64,000 nucleotides of DNA from Ranitomeya imitator (taxonomy: Eukaryota). Shown here piece after piece: positions 26,222 through 41,269 of this stretch. Positions within the stretch are counted from its first letter, which is position 1. Each line of letters starts with the position of its first letter. The stretch spans positions 201,996,001 to 202,060,000 of the forward strand of contig NC_091288.1 of the NCBI RefSeq assembly GCF_032444005.1, written 5' to 3'. The notes under the pieces were generated by a model, which did not search any database, was not told the origin of the DNA, and saw only the letters and a list, made by a program, of their open reading frames with translations. The position numbers were made by a program, and so were the translations under genes.

Positions 26222-27453
26222 AGCCTCATTCTGGAGAGGTGCTGACATGAAGGATTGATCAGCTCTCCGTGAGAGAGAGCGAGAAAGAAAGAGAGAGAGA
26301 AAGCCTGATGTGACGCTACCGGGTCTCGGGTGGGGGAAGTCGCCGGTTCTGTAAAGCGAGTGTGTAGTGGGGGTCAGCACACACACGGCGACTAAGGAGT
26401 TAAATGGAGGCGGATATTCCTGTATCTGGGATTGGTCGGCGCCTGCGGATGTCTCTCGCTCATTGGCTGATTACAGATCCGTTGATGGTTTTGAATTTCC
26501 CGCTCAATATCTGTTCTTTGTCCGTCGGATTATTACCGGCCCCTCTGCTGGAGCGGCGATCGCCGATAATACCGGGTCCTGTCCTCCCAGCTGTCTGCCC
26601 CCAAACACGGGGATCGGTTTGCTTATCGGTTGCCATTAATATTCTGGGGAGGTTATAATAGTCTTCAGAGGCGCCTTCCATCCGAAACATTAGTGTCCAG
26701 GACGTGGTCATCACATAGGAGTCTCCGTACCCGGTACACAGGGCGTCCGTCTATCCAGCTGCCTCAGACAGCCACATTCCCTGTGAATATTCGCTGCCCC
26801 CTGTTCAGTATAACATCAAGTAGCAGAATCAACACATTCATCTCACGGCAGGACTGTAGTAACCGCATCACTCCGGGGTTTGTACTGTGTGCATAGAGGG
26901 GCCTCCGGGAGGCAGTGTGCGGATATATCCCCCATAAATCTGTGAGGTTTGAGATCAATAAGAAGAAACCGCATCACCCGAAGTTTGCGGTGCCGGCTCT
27001 AGTATGGAAAGACGGGGAGGAAAATAAGAGGGGAGAGTATAGAAGACACGTCCCAGGCTGTGACCGATACTACAGGCAGCCGCACGGGGGATATTGTGCC
27101 CTGCAGAGACGCTGCGCCCGATACTAATCAGCGCCCAATAAAAGCAGGATCTTAGGACAACATCTTAACAGATTTAGAAAACGCCGGGAGTTGCTCCGTT
27201 ATTAGAGCTGTAGAGGGATCTCCTTGGAAAAACCAGGTTAGTCTTTCTAGGTCAAAATATTGGAAAAGACCCTAGTCCCAGATCACACACTGCGGGCACA
27301 TCCCAGAATCTGGATAATGCGGCTTCATTCCTTCGACCGGGAACCCACAGCATTAGTGGCTCAGTAAAGGTTCTAAACGATATATTAACTTTATAACCAC
27401 CAGGAACCAGAGCGCAGGAATAGGAAGGTGCAGCCTCTCACTGAGATGTGGGT

Positions 27454-27469
27454 GGCTCTGAAAAGAGCC
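27454..27469 (-). terminator. Stem-loop of H4 copy 3
   Basis: GGCTCTTTTCAGAGCC-ACCCA. Confidence 0.93.
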
Positions 27470-27499
27470 TTTGGGTTGTGAGGACAGAAGAGAACACAA

Positions 27500-27820
<321 letters not shown>

Positions 27821-30489
27821 TCAGTGAGCAAAAACTGATTCCTGGACAGCACGGACTGCTCCTTTATATGGAGGAAGAATGGACCAGAGAGAGAACTGCA
27901 GAGATGACGCACTTCCGGGACGGGTCTTCCAGAATCTACATTTGCCCCTCCCTTCCTCTGCTGATTGGCTGACCACAGAACTGTTGGGACGTTTGAGTTT
28001 CCCGCTCATTGGTCATATTCTGCAATTATCTTCCCAGCTTGTATTTTATGCAATTTCTTTCCCTTGTGACTAAAGATATCCCACATATTTTCATCACCGT
28101 TCCAGATCATCGTGGTTCATACCATCCACAATGTATGATGCCCCCACTTATCCCGCACACAGTATGCTGCCCCCAAAGTTATCCTCCACATAGTATGATG
28201 CCCCCTACACAGCAAGATAACCACACAGTAGGATGCCCCCACAGTTACTGTTTAAGGGTATGATATCCCCAGTTACTCCGAAAACAGTATGATGCCCTAA
28301 GTTACCCCCCCCCCCCCCCCCCAACACACACACACACAGGAAATATGATGCACCCACAGTTACACCCTATACAATGTGATACCCCCAGAGCGACCCATCC
28401 TCAGTGTAATGTAATGATTAACAATTGTTCATGTTATGGTGAAAGTCTTCCATTAATGGAGATTTGGAAGGGTGAAAGAAGCAAGAGAAATTAGAAGAGA
28501 TATTTCATCAGATCAACATCTGGTGATTAAATGTTCATTTTTGCCATTACCTCATGTACAAATCACAAACCAGAGAGACACATTTTTATGCAGTTTTTTA
28601 TATATCATGTTATGCTTTAGTAATGCAAAATCACATGACTGGGCCTTTAATTGTAAAGTACAAATTATTAGGGTTTTTTTTGCTTCTTTTTCATTGTTTG
28701 TCTTAATGTGAAAACTGTACTGGCAGCAAAAGGGTTAAAAAACCAGTGTAACAGAAAAATGATCCCTACTACATTGCCCTCTATAGTGCCAGAGGCATTT
28801 ACTCTCTTACAACCAGGACTTACTTCTTAGGCGTTAGGGCAGTGAACCCATTAAATGCTGCAGGTCAGTTACTGAGTAGCTGTATGATGGCTCCTGGGTC
28901 CCAGTAGGGCACTGTATGAAATACCAGGTCGGATCCACTGCCAATTACAGCACAAAGCCATTTTTGGCAGTGAAATCTGAGTAAGAAAAGTCCCTTCAAC
29001 ATCCACACCAGTAGCAATATGCATCGTGCATCCCCCCATAAAGTGGTTTTGACGTCCTGCAGCAGTGACAGGGGAGTCTAGCGAAGATAATCGCTGTTTT
29101 TCGGCAAGGAACATTCCATGTTATCCAAATCAATTTTCTTTATGACCCCAGTGGCCCATTCTGGTGGGCGCTCCTGCCGGCCCCAACAACGTCCCCGTCT
29201 GCCATTTGCGTTTCTTTTATCGTGTGCTCCAGCCAGTCTCTTCCATGCTGTTCGGAGGGATCAGTGTCCCCATTGCAGTTTGGGCTACACAGCGAGAAGG
29301 ATTTCACAAGCCTTTAATGCCACTGGCCGGTCACAGTCACACAGACAAGTCAATAAGGCCGGAAAAAGCCCGACTCTTTCACATGTAACCAGAGCGTCGG
29401 AGATGGAACCTGAGCTTCTGCTAGATGGCAGCCCTATAGTGTAAGGGCACGTTAGGGACGGCCCCATCTCCAATATTTGTGACATATACACATATAGGAA
29501 TCCTTAGCCAAACAGTAAACACCTTTACCAAAGTCACGGTTTGTTTCGAAGTCCGACAGCCGAGCAGGTGCGTTTGGAGGTCTGGCAGCAGGGCAGCGCA
29601 TTTCGAGATCCAACAGCTGTGGAGGTGCGTTTCAAGATCCGACAGCCAACGAAGAGTATTTCGATGTCCGACAGCCGGGTAGATGTGCTTCGAGGTCCAG
29701 CAGCCGCGGCGGAGTGATTCGAGGTCCTGTCACGTAGATATATATCCAGTTAGTGCAGTGTACGGGGGAACACAGGTGTTGGTTCTGCCCCGTATATATA
29801 TATTTACAGTGTATACATTGTTTGCGGTGTATAGGGAACACAGCGCTACCGGGGCCTGGGGTGAAGGTGCCGCATCTTTGGATACTCTGATGAGAGATCA
29901 GCTGGAACACGGAAAATAAGAAGTTAAATGGAGGAGACACGTCTGTGTACCTGATGTACGTAGATGTCTCTCCTCCATTTAACGTCCTATTTTCAAGGCT
30001 GAGCTTTCCCAAGGCTGCCCGCTCATTGTCTTATCACATGATCCTTTGGGGGATTTGAGTTTCCCGCTCATAATCTCTGGAGGATTATTACCGGTCACTG
30101 CCGATAGCGGAGATCACAATCCGGTCACACCCGGAACAGCGCGGAGTCCTGTCCTCCAGAGCCGCCGCACACGGGATCGTCCTCCGAGAGAAGGCGCCGT
30201 CACTGATGTGGAGGAGAATCACCCGCCCGGTCCCGATACTCCGGGACCTGCTAACTACATGTAGACCTCAGCGCGGAGTATCAGACACTAATGAGGGGAC
30301 ATTTCCTGCGAGCTTGGCAGACGACACTCCCACCTGAGGGGTCTGAGACTTCATGTGGGATTGACCCATTCATCTCCTATTATTCTGTGGATATGTGCAC
30401 CAACAATGGCGGCAATGGTGTATGTACCATCAGCCTCATGTGAGGACCCCGAGATAGGCGGCGCCGGCTCTTGTGGTGACGGTGTGGGT

Positions 30490-30505
30490 GGCTCTTAGAA
30501 GAGCC
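30490..30505 (-). terminator. Stem-loop of H2A copy 2
   Basis: GGCTCTTCTAAGAGCC-ACCCA. Confidence 0.93.
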
Positions 30506-30534
30506 TTTGGTTTTGTAGAGATTGGCGGCAGCGC

Positions 30535-30996
<462 letters not shown>

Positions 30997-31504
30997 TTAT
31001 ATAGTCTGCTGCTCCGCCCTCCTCTCCTGTCATTGGATGACTCTGAAGCTGGCCAATGGGGAAGAGTCTTGAGGAACCGCCAATGAGCTGCCGAGGGCGG
31101 AGCTTATTATTGCTCCTTGCTCAAATTAGTTTCTCACCCAATAGAAAACGTTCGCTTTGGACCGAATAGATAAGGGGTGAAAACAGATATTTGTCTTGGA
31201 GCAGAAGGAAGTGCAGAAATATTCTGTTGATTTGTAGTTTGCACTTGTTGAATTTGTGTCTACTATCAGCCATAAATTGCACTGACAGTCTGGTGGGTGA
31301 GGGGTTAATCCCTGTCAGTGCTTCTCCTCCGCTCCATCTGCACAGGAGGCGGCTCCTCACTCACCCGCTTATTACCCTGTGCAGATTCCCTGTGGTGTCC
31401 GCGCTGATCCTATCACAGCCTGACTGAGACAAGTCTCCTATGTTCTGCCCGGAGCCTGATGTGACGCTGCCGGGTCCCGGGTGGGGGAAGTCGCCGCTTC
31501 TGTA

Positions 31505-31850
31505 TTGTATGATACAATATTGTTCTGCTCCAGGAAGACATCCAGGCCTCTCTTGAACCCCTCGACTGAGTTCGCCATCACCACCTCCTCAGGCAAGCAA
31601 TTCCAGATTCTCACCGCCCTAACAGTAAAGAATCCTCTTCTATGTTGGTGGAAAAACCTTCTCTCTTCCAGACGCAAAGAATGCCCCCTTGTGCCCGTGG
31701 CCTTGGTATAAACCTTGGTATAAACAGATCCTCAGCGAGATATTTCTATTGTCCCCTTATATACTTATACATGGTTATTAGATCGCCCCTCAGTCGTCTT
31801 TTTCTAGACTAAATAATCCTAATTTCGCTAATCTATCTGGGTATTGTAGT
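31505..31850 (-). mobile_element. CR1 ORF2 3' fragment, copy 3
   Basis: Near-identical to 11-360. Confidence 0.8.
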
Positions 31851-32788
31851 TCTCAATAGAATTGTAGTTCTCAATACCCAGATAGTGGTAATGTTCTGAG
31901 CAGGGACACTCCGCAATCTTCTACACATGATCGTACATTTCCCATCACAGAGGGATCTGCTGGGAAGGGCAGAATTGGTCTTCCCTGAAATGTCTCTTGT
32001 AGGATACGTCCCTGACCAGTATATCGTCTGCACAGTACTGATTGTGACGGGAAAGGGACGATCTGATCGTCTCCAGGTCAGGCACACGGGCACATCACAG
32101 CATGTGGAGAACACGAATCAGTCTCTATATCCATGAGTGGAAACAGGAGCGAATACTGCACCGCTAACCTGGAAATCTGCAGACTCCTGTGTGGGATGTA
32201 AGAGAGCAATGATCGCTCAACAAGCAGATTTCCCGATATCGGTCCTGGGAGCACGTGTCATATGAAGACAAAGGACGGAAAAAAGCGGGAACTTTAAACT
32301 TTTTACCATTGGAAACATTAGCTCCTCCCTCTGCTGATTGGCTGAACACAGGACGGTTAGGGGGGTTTGAATTTCCCGCCGCTTCTAAATGTAATGACGT
32401 CATTTACACTGTAAAAAGAATTCAATTAGGCTCTAGATCAACTCCACCGACCACCACAAATGGCTCCTGTTAACGGAGAAAGGAGAGTAATGAACGAGAC
32501 CCCAGAATGCCGAGATCTGTGCAGCAAGGGGTTAAATAAGTCCCTGAATACACATCAACTCACTGAGCAATGCCCAGATTATTCCTGAGGTTTTCTCACC
32601 ATCTCCCTCGTCATCAGACGCAGAGCCCCGGGCGGTGCGAGCAGACACCTCGGGGAGACGGGAGAGGACACCGGAGCAGTGTGGGTGGCTCTTATAGTGA
32701 GGGTGTAGGTGGCTCTTGTAGTGAGGGTGGCTCTTGTAGTGAGGGTGGCTCTTGTAGTGAGGGTGGCTCTTGTAGTGAGGGTGTGGGT

Positions 32789-32804
32789 GGCTCTTAGAAG
32801 AGCC
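32789..32804 (-). terminator. Stem-loop of H2B copy 3, followed by 5 extra AAGAGCC repeats
   Basis: Repeats at plus-strand 32687, 32711, 32729, 32747 and 32765. Confidence 0.93.
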
Positions 32805-32834
32805 TTTGGGGTGAGGAGCGGAGCACGGANNNNN

Positions 32835-33311
<477 letters not shown>

Positions 33312-35336
33312 TCAGACCGCCGTGCTATTGGGTGATGATGTCATGTGACCAACGGGAACGTCAGACGCTCCGCCCACTGCAGCTGATTGGTGGTTCTCCA
33401 ACTGATATTTCGCTTTTCAGCACCCTCCATATAGCGCTGTAAAACACGTATAATGCTGAATACATCTAAATAGTGCTGTGAAGCGCCATATACCGCAGTG
33501 CACCCTCATATAGTGCTCTATGTGTTAATGTAGCTCTGTTTACCCTTCATGTGCTGCAGTATACTCCAATATAGTGCTGCTATTCATCTGTATAGTGCAG
33601 AGTGCCCCCATATACTGCAACTTACTGACAAATGACTGTGCCACTTCCAGAGCTCGGCCGTCATGGCCCTGCAGGAGGCCAGCGAGGCTTATCTGCTGGG
33701 GAGTCTGGGGATGTACTAGATTTTCTCGGCACCACCATCCGCATGTGGGGTGCTGCTGTAATCCCGTTCATTATCCTCATTTTTCCTCTGCACATTCCCA
33801 CATCCAGCCAAGTGATCGCGGGGTCCAGTATACTCATCAGCATTGCCAATACTTCGATATGTAGCAAAGAAGGAGTGGTGTAAAAATTTGGGGGGCATTT
33901 TGAGGGCAACCCAAACGTTGTGCCCCACCAAAAAATGTCCCGGTTGACCCAAAACATTCTGAAAAAAATTACCACACACTCTTATAGTGTTCCTCTACAC
34001 ACCCTGAGAATTTGTGGTCGACAGACCCAAACCGGGCTTAGCAGTGACCTTGCGCACCACAGACTTCAATGGGCAGGGTCACTTTGGGGAGTCTCTGCTC
34101 AGCCCAGTTTGTGGCTATCATCAACCCCAAATGTTCAGGGTGTGTAGCTCTAGTGGACCAGTGCTGTAAAAATTTAGGGGGCATTTTGAGATGACCCAAA
34201 ACATATGCCCCTCCCCACCCCCAAACTTCTGAACAAATTACCCGACACTCTTGAATTGTTCCTCTACACACCCTGAACATTTGGGGTCGATGGGCACAAA
34301 CTAGGCTGAGCAGTGACCCTGCGCGCGATAGGCTTCCATGGGCAGGGCAGCTTTGGGGGGTAACTGCTCAGCACAGATTGGGGCTATCGACTTCAAATTT
34401 TCATAGTGTGTAGAGGAATAATTCATGAGTGTGGGCTATTTTTTTTCTGAATACCTTGCTCTATATACTGTACACACTGCTCTAGATATTGTACACTGCT
34501 CTATATACTGTACACACTGCTCTATATATTGTATACTGCTCTATATACTGTACACTGATTTACATACTGTACCCTCTCCTGTATATACTGTACACACTGC
34601 TACTGTACACTCTGGTCTATATACTGTGTACTCTGCTGTATATACTGTACACACTGCTCTATATACTGTACGCTCTGGTCTATAATACTGTACACTGCTG
34701 TATATACTGTTCACACTGCTCTATATACTGTACACTGCTCTAAATACTGTACACACTGCTCTATATACTGTATATACTGTATATATACTGTATATATTGC
34801 TGTATATGTACTGTATATATACTGTATATATTGCTGTATATACTGTACAATCTGTTGCACAGTCTGTATACACTGCTGTATATACTGCATACTCTGCTCT
34901 ATATACTGTACACACGGCACTATGCTATACACTGCTCTATATACTGTACACTCTGGTCTATAAACTGGACACTGCTGTATATACTGTACTCTGCTTTATA
35001 TACTGTACACACTGTTGTATATACTGTAGACTCTCCTCTATTATCTGTGACACTTATTACACTGCTGATCTGGGCTGTGCAGATGTGATGCTGTGCACTA
35101 TATATACTATATACAGCTGTGTTCTCTGTGTAGACGCTGGATTTTGTGTCTCCGCTTTTCTCCCAATATTCCCCTTTTGCACAATAGTGGGGGTCACATA
35201 CATGCATGAATATTTCAGTTTTCTCCCGAGATGTTCATGTGTTTGGTTGGGGAGTCGCGCTGTGCAGCTGTCGCCTCATCAGAGCTCTTCCCTCCATTAC
35301 AGGCCGCAGCGGTCACAGCTTCACACTGGGTAAGAC

Positions 35337-38098
35337 CAGTGGCGTAGGAAGGGGGGTGCGGGGGGGGGGCGGTCCGCCCCGGGCGGCACAATGCTGGGGG
35401 CGGCCGGCGCTGCAGAAGAAGATAAAAAAAAAAAAAAAAAAAAAGACGCCCCTTTAAATCTTCGGGCGGCGCCGTCCGCCGCCACGACCAGGGCCAGCTC
35501 CCCCCACCCCCGGGTCCCGCCCCCGCCCCCGCCCCCGCCCCCGCTCTATACTCACCTCTCCTGGTTCCTGCGGCGCCGGCAGCTGCAGCCTCCTCTGACT
35601 CTGCGACGTCTCAGAGCAGAGGGCGCGATGACGTCACTACTGTGCGCGCCGCTCTGCCTCTCTGTCCTGAGCGTCGCAGAGCCGGAGAGACGCTGACTGC
35701 ACCGGACCTGCGCTGGGAACGGGAGAGGTGAGGATTTTACTTTTTTTTTTTTTTCTTTATTTCTGACTGTCTGGGGCTGGGGCAATGCTGGAGACCATGG
35801 GGCAGAATGCTGGACACACTGGGGCAATACAGGAGACCATGGGGCAGATTGCTGGACACACTGGGGCAATACTGGAGACCATGGGGCAGATTGCTGGACA
35901 CACTGGGGCAATACAGGAGACCATGGGGCAGATTGCTGGACACACTGGGGCAATACAGGAGACCATGGGGCAGATTGCTGGACACACTGGGGCAATACAG
36001 GAGACTATGGGGCAGATTGCTGGACACACTGGGGCAATACAGGAGACCATGGGGCAGATTGCTGGACACACTGGGGCAATACAGGACACCATGGGGCAGA
36101 TTGCTGGACACACTGGGGCAATACTGGAGACCATGGGGCAGAATGCTGGACACACTGGGGCAATACTGGAGACCATGGGGCAGAATGCTGGACACACTGG
36201 GGCAGTACAGGAGACTATGGGGCAGAATGCTGGACACTCTGAATACTGGAGACCATGGGGCAGATCTCAGGACACATTGAGGCAATGCTGGAGACCCTGG
36301 GGCAGACTTCTGGACATACTGGGGCAATACTGGAGACCATGGGGCAGATTGCTGGACACACCGGGGCAATACTGGAGACCATGGGGCAGAATGCTGGACA
36401 CACTGGGGCAATACAGGAGACCATGGGGCAGATTGCTGGACACACTGGGGCAGTACAGGAGACTATGGGGCAGAATGCTGGACACACTGGGGCAATACTG
36501 GAGACCCTGGGGCAGATTGCTGGACACACTGGGGCAATACTGGAGACCATGGGGCAGATTGCTGGACACACTGGGGCAATACAGGAGACCATGGGGCAGA
36601 TTGCTGGACACACTGGGGCAGTACAGGAGACTATGGGGCAGAATGCTGGACACACTGGGGCAATACAGGAGACTATGGGGCAGAATGCTGGACACACTGG
36701 GGCAATACTGGAGACCCTGGGGCAGATTTCTGGACACATTGAGGCAATGCTGGAGACCCTGGGGCAGACTTCTGGACACACTGGGGCAATGCTGGACACT
36801 GGGGCAGATTGCTGGACACACTGGGGGTAATATACTGGACACACTGGGGCAATGCTGGACACTGGGGCAGACTGCTGGACACACTGGGGAAAGGCTGGAC
36901 ACTGGGGCAGATTGCTGGACACACTGAGGGCAGATTGCTGGACACACTGGGGGTAATATGCTGGACATACTGGGGCAGATTGCTGGACACACTGGGGGTA
37001 ATATGCTGGACACACTGGGGCAGATTGCTGGACAACATGGGGGTAATATGCTGGACACACTGGGGCAGATTGCTGGACAACATGGGGGTAATATGCTGGA
37101 CACACTGGGGGCAGGACTTGAGGCATGGGCAGAATGTAGATACGGGGCATGATTGGAGACACGGGGCAGGATTGGATCATGGGGCAGGACGGATACGATG
37201 GAGGCTGGTGGGGCAGGATGGGGAGATCATATGGGGTAGAATGGATACTCATGAGGGCAGGATACGACAACATATGGCTGGAGCCAGGAATGAGATAAAC
37301 GGGGCCAGGGTGGGGAATATTATTACCATAGGGGATAATTAAGGGATATTGTTACTGCAGTGATGTATTTATTTTATTTTTTGAGTATACTGTTTTAAAT
37401 GGGGGGGCTGTCCTGTTACTGTGCAGAGTGACACTATATCACCTTTTTTTCTTCATGTGGTGTAATGTAGAAGTTGTGAAAAATTAAGTAATGTGTTCTG
37501 CAAGCGGAGCTCGAGATAACTGTGTTATTTCCTGCAGAAACGAGTCCTGGCTGGAAGGAATGATGGCGGTCTGTGCTGGATAAAAGATGAAGGACTTCAC
37601 CTAGAGACGTCACTGGTGAGTCAGTGTTACCTATACACTGACACTATACACTGTATACTATATAGAGGTCCTGTGTATAATGTCACCAGTGATCTCTGTA
37701 TTACCTCTACACAGACACTGCATACTAAGTACAGATCTCCTGTGAATACTGGCACTTATGGTGATAGTATTGTGGTTTTTTTTTTTATTACTGATCAGTA
37801 TTGTAGTATTCAGTCACTATGTGGTGGTAATATGTGGTCTGGAAATGGTGCGGTGGTATTTGTCCCTTGTATGTAGTATTATTCGGTCACTATGTGGCCT
37901 GGTCATGGTGTGGTGGTATTAAGTCACAGGTGTGGCATGTGGGGGTGACACCATTAGGCCCAGTTTAAGTTCTACAAAACAGGAAAACCATTTTTGGTAA
38001 CCTTTGTGTGTATTGAGCTGGAGGGGGGGTGGGATGGGGGGGGGGGGCGCCAAACTCGGGAACAGCCCCGGGCGGCAAAAGCTCTAGCTACGCCTCTG
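35337..38098. mobile_element. Non-autonomous hAT-type DNA transposon (2762 bp)
   Basis: Termini CAGTGGCGTAG / CTACGCCTCTG (10/11 inverted). 8-bp TSD GGTAAGAC at 35329-35336 and 38099-38106. Empty sites with a single GGTAAGAC at 3783-3790 and 15696-15703. No transposase ORF. Confidence 0.9.
35775..37100. repeat. ~42-bp minisatellite inside the hAT element
   Basis: Unit gctggacacactggggcaatacaggagaccatggggcagatt, degenerating rightwards. Confidence 0.9.
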
Positions 38099-38404
38099 GG
38101 TAAGACACGATATCAGGCAGGTGATATGGATCATCTACTGATGTGGAACACGTGTCCCCCCAATCCTCTGCACATACGGGGTAGAGTGATATCACAGGTC
38201 AGGGAGGTGGCAGTCAGCGGAGGCCGTCGCCTGTGTTACCCTTCTGGGTTCTCAGCAGCTCCAGCTCGTCCCCACATCGTACAATCAGCTTCCTGTGCGA
38301 TAGACACTGGAGTAAAGATCCCTGTGATGGTGACAAGAGCCGGGAATAGGAGGAACGAGCTCCCGCAGCAGATTTATCTCCCCGGATACACAGTGATGTG
38401 CAGA

Positions 38405-40935
38405 CCCAGTGTGAAGCTGTGACCGCTGCGGCCTGTCATGGTGCGAAGAGCTCTGATGAGGCGACAGCTGCACACTGCGACTCCCCAACCAAACACATGA
38501 ACATCTCCGGGGAGAAAACTGAAATATTAATGGATTTATGTGACCCCCACTATTGTGTAAAAGGGGAATATTGGGAGAAAAGCGGAGACACAAAATCCAG
38601 CGTCTACACAGAGAACACAGCTGTATATAGTATATATAGTGCACAACATCACATCTGCACAGCCCAGATCAGCAGTGTAATAAGTGTCACAGATAATAGA
38701 GGAGAGGGTACAGTATATACAGCAGAGTGTACAGTATATACAGCAGAGTACACAGTATATACAGCAGAGTACACAGTATATAGAGCAGAGTGTACAGTAT
38801 ATACAACAGTGTGTACAGTATATAAAGTAGTGTGTACAGTATATACAGCAGTGTACAGTATATACAGGAGAGTACACATTATATAGAGCAGTGTGCACAG
38901 TATATACAGCAGTGTCCAGTTTATAGACCAGAGTGTACAGTATATAGAGCAGTGTATAGCATAGTGCCGTGTGTACAGTATATAGAGCAGAGTGTACAGT
39001 ATATAGAGCAGTGTACAGTATATAGAGCAGTGTATACAATATATAGAGCAGTGTACAGTATATAGAGCAGTGTATACAATATATAGAGCAGTGTGTACAG
39101 TATATAGAGCAGTGTGCACTGTATATAAAGCAGTGTATACAATATATAGAGCAGTGTGTACAGTATATAGAGCAGTGTACAGTATATAGAGCAGTGTATA
39201 CAATATATAGAGCAGTGTGTACAGTATATAGAGCAGTGTGTACAGTATATAGAGCAGTGTGTACAGTATATATAGCAGTGTACAGTATATAGAGCAGTTT
39301 GTACAGTATATAGAGCAGTGTATACAATATATAGAGCAGTGTGTACAGTATATAGAGCAGTGTATACAATATATAGAGCAGTGTGTACAGTATATACAGC
39401 AGTGTATACAATATATAGAGCAGTGTGTACAGTATATAGAGCAGTGTATACAATATATAGAGCAGCGTGTACAGTATATAGAGCAGTGTATACAATATAT
39501 AGAGCAGTGTGTACAGTATATAGAGCAGTGTATACAATATATAGAGCAGTGTACAGTATATAGAGCAGTGTACAGTATATAGAGCAGTGTGTACAGTATA
39601 TAGAGCAGTGTGTACAGTATATAGAGCAGCGTGTACAGTATATAGAGCAGTGTATACAATATATAGAGCAGTGTGTACAGTATATAGAGCAGTGTACAGT
39701 ATATAGAGCAGTGTGTACAGTATATAGAGCAGTGTACAGTATATAGAGCAGTTTGTACAGTATATAGAGCAGTGTATACAATATATAGAGCAGTGTGTAC
39801 AGTATATAGAGCAGTGTATACAATATATAGAGCAGCGTGTACAGTATATACAGCAGTGTGTACAATATATAGAGCAGTGTGTACAGTATATAGAGCAGTG
39901 TATACAATATATAGAGCAGCGTGTATAGTATATAGAGCAGTGTATACAATATATAGAGCAGTGTGTACAGTATATAGAGCAGTGTATACAATATATAGAG
40001 CAGTGTGTACAGTATATAGAGCAGTGTATACAATATATAGAGCAGTGTGTACAGTATATAGAGCAGTGTACAGTATATAGAGCAGCGTGTACAGTATATA
40101 GAGCAGTGTGTACAGTATATAGAGCAGCGTGTACAGTAAATAGAGCAGTGTATACAATATATAGAGCAGTGTATACAATATATAGAGCAGTGTGTACAGT
40201 ATATAGAGCAGTGTATACAATATATAGAGCAGTGTGTACAGTATATAGAGCAGTGTACAGTATATAGAGCAGCGTGTACAGTATATAGAGCAGTGTGTAC
40301 AGTATATAGAGCAGTGTGTACAGTATATAGAGCAGTGCACAGTATATAGAGCAGTGTATACAATATATAGAGCAGTGTACAGTATATAGAGCAGTGTACA
40401 GTATATAGAGCAGTGTGTACAGTATATAGAGCAGTGTGTACAGTATATAGAGCAGCGTGTACAGTAAATAGAGCAGTGTGCACAGTATATAGAGCAGTGT
40501 ATACAATATATAGAGCAGTGTACAGTATATAGAGCAGTGTACAGTATATAGAGCAGTGTGTACAATATATAGAGCAGTGTACAGTATATAGAGCAGTGTA
40601 CAGTATATAGAGCAGTGTGTACAGTATATAGAGCAGTGTACAGTATATAGAGCAGTGTGTACAGTATATAGAGCAGTGTACAGTATATAGAGCAGTGTGT
40701 ACAGTATATAGAGCAGTGTGTACAGTATATAGAGCAGTGTATACAATATATAGAGCAGTGTACAGTATATAGAGCAGTGTATACAATATATAGAGCAGTG
40801 TACAGTATATAGAGCAGTGTACAGTATATAGAGCAGTGTATACAATATATAGAGCAGTGTATAGTATATACAGCAGAGTGTACAGTATATAGAACAGGCT
40901 GTACATTATATAGCAGGGTGTATAATACATAGAGC
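38405..40935 (-). repeat. Inverted (fold-back) paralog of the block ending at 35330, with a strongly expanded CAGTATATAGAGCAGTGT(A/G) satellite
   Basis: cccagtgtgaagctgtgacc at 38405 is the reverse complement of 35311-35330. About 2 kb of 19-21 bp tandem units from ~38700. Confidence 0.85.
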
Positions 40936-40956
40936 AGTTGTCTATGCATCTCCTGT

Positions 40957-41233
40957 CACGGTGGCTCAGTGGTTAGCACAGCAGCCTTGCAGCGCTGGAG
41001 TTCTGGGTTCAACCGCCACCAAGGACAACATCTGCAAGCAGTTTGTATGTTCTCTCTGTGTTTGTGTGGGTTTCCTCCGGGTTCTCCGGTTTCCTCCCAC
41101 ATTCCAAAGACATACTGATAGGGAATTTAGATTGTGAGCCCTATCGGAGACAGCGATGATAATGTGTGCAAACTGTAAAGCGCTGCGGAATATGTTAGCG
41201 CTATATAAAAATAAAAGATTATTATTATTAATA
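40957..41233 (+). mobile_element. tRNA-derived SINE (V-SINE-like core)
   Basis: A-box-like GTGGCTCAGTGG, B-box-like GGTTCAA, core gggtttcctccggg..ctccggtttcctcccaca, tail gcgctatataaaaataaa(ATT)n. Paralog at 56868-57155. Confidence 0.85.
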
Positions 41234-41269
41234 TTATGATCTCCTTGTCCCTGACTGACAGTAGCTGCA

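Noticed and set aside
35552-37342. Overlapping 140-380 aa ORFs inside the hAT element as a possible transposase or cargo gene
   Set aside because: Translations of the 42-bp minisatellite in several frames on both strands; no hAT transposase motifs.
38536-40949. Very long ORFs (669-769 aa) rich in Y/T/L/C
   Set aside because: Stop-free translations of the 19-21 bp satellite; no protein-like complexity.
40957-41030. tRNA gene suggested by A/B-box motifs (also at 56868)
   Set aside because: No complete cloverleaf; it continues into a SINE core and (ATT)n tail.
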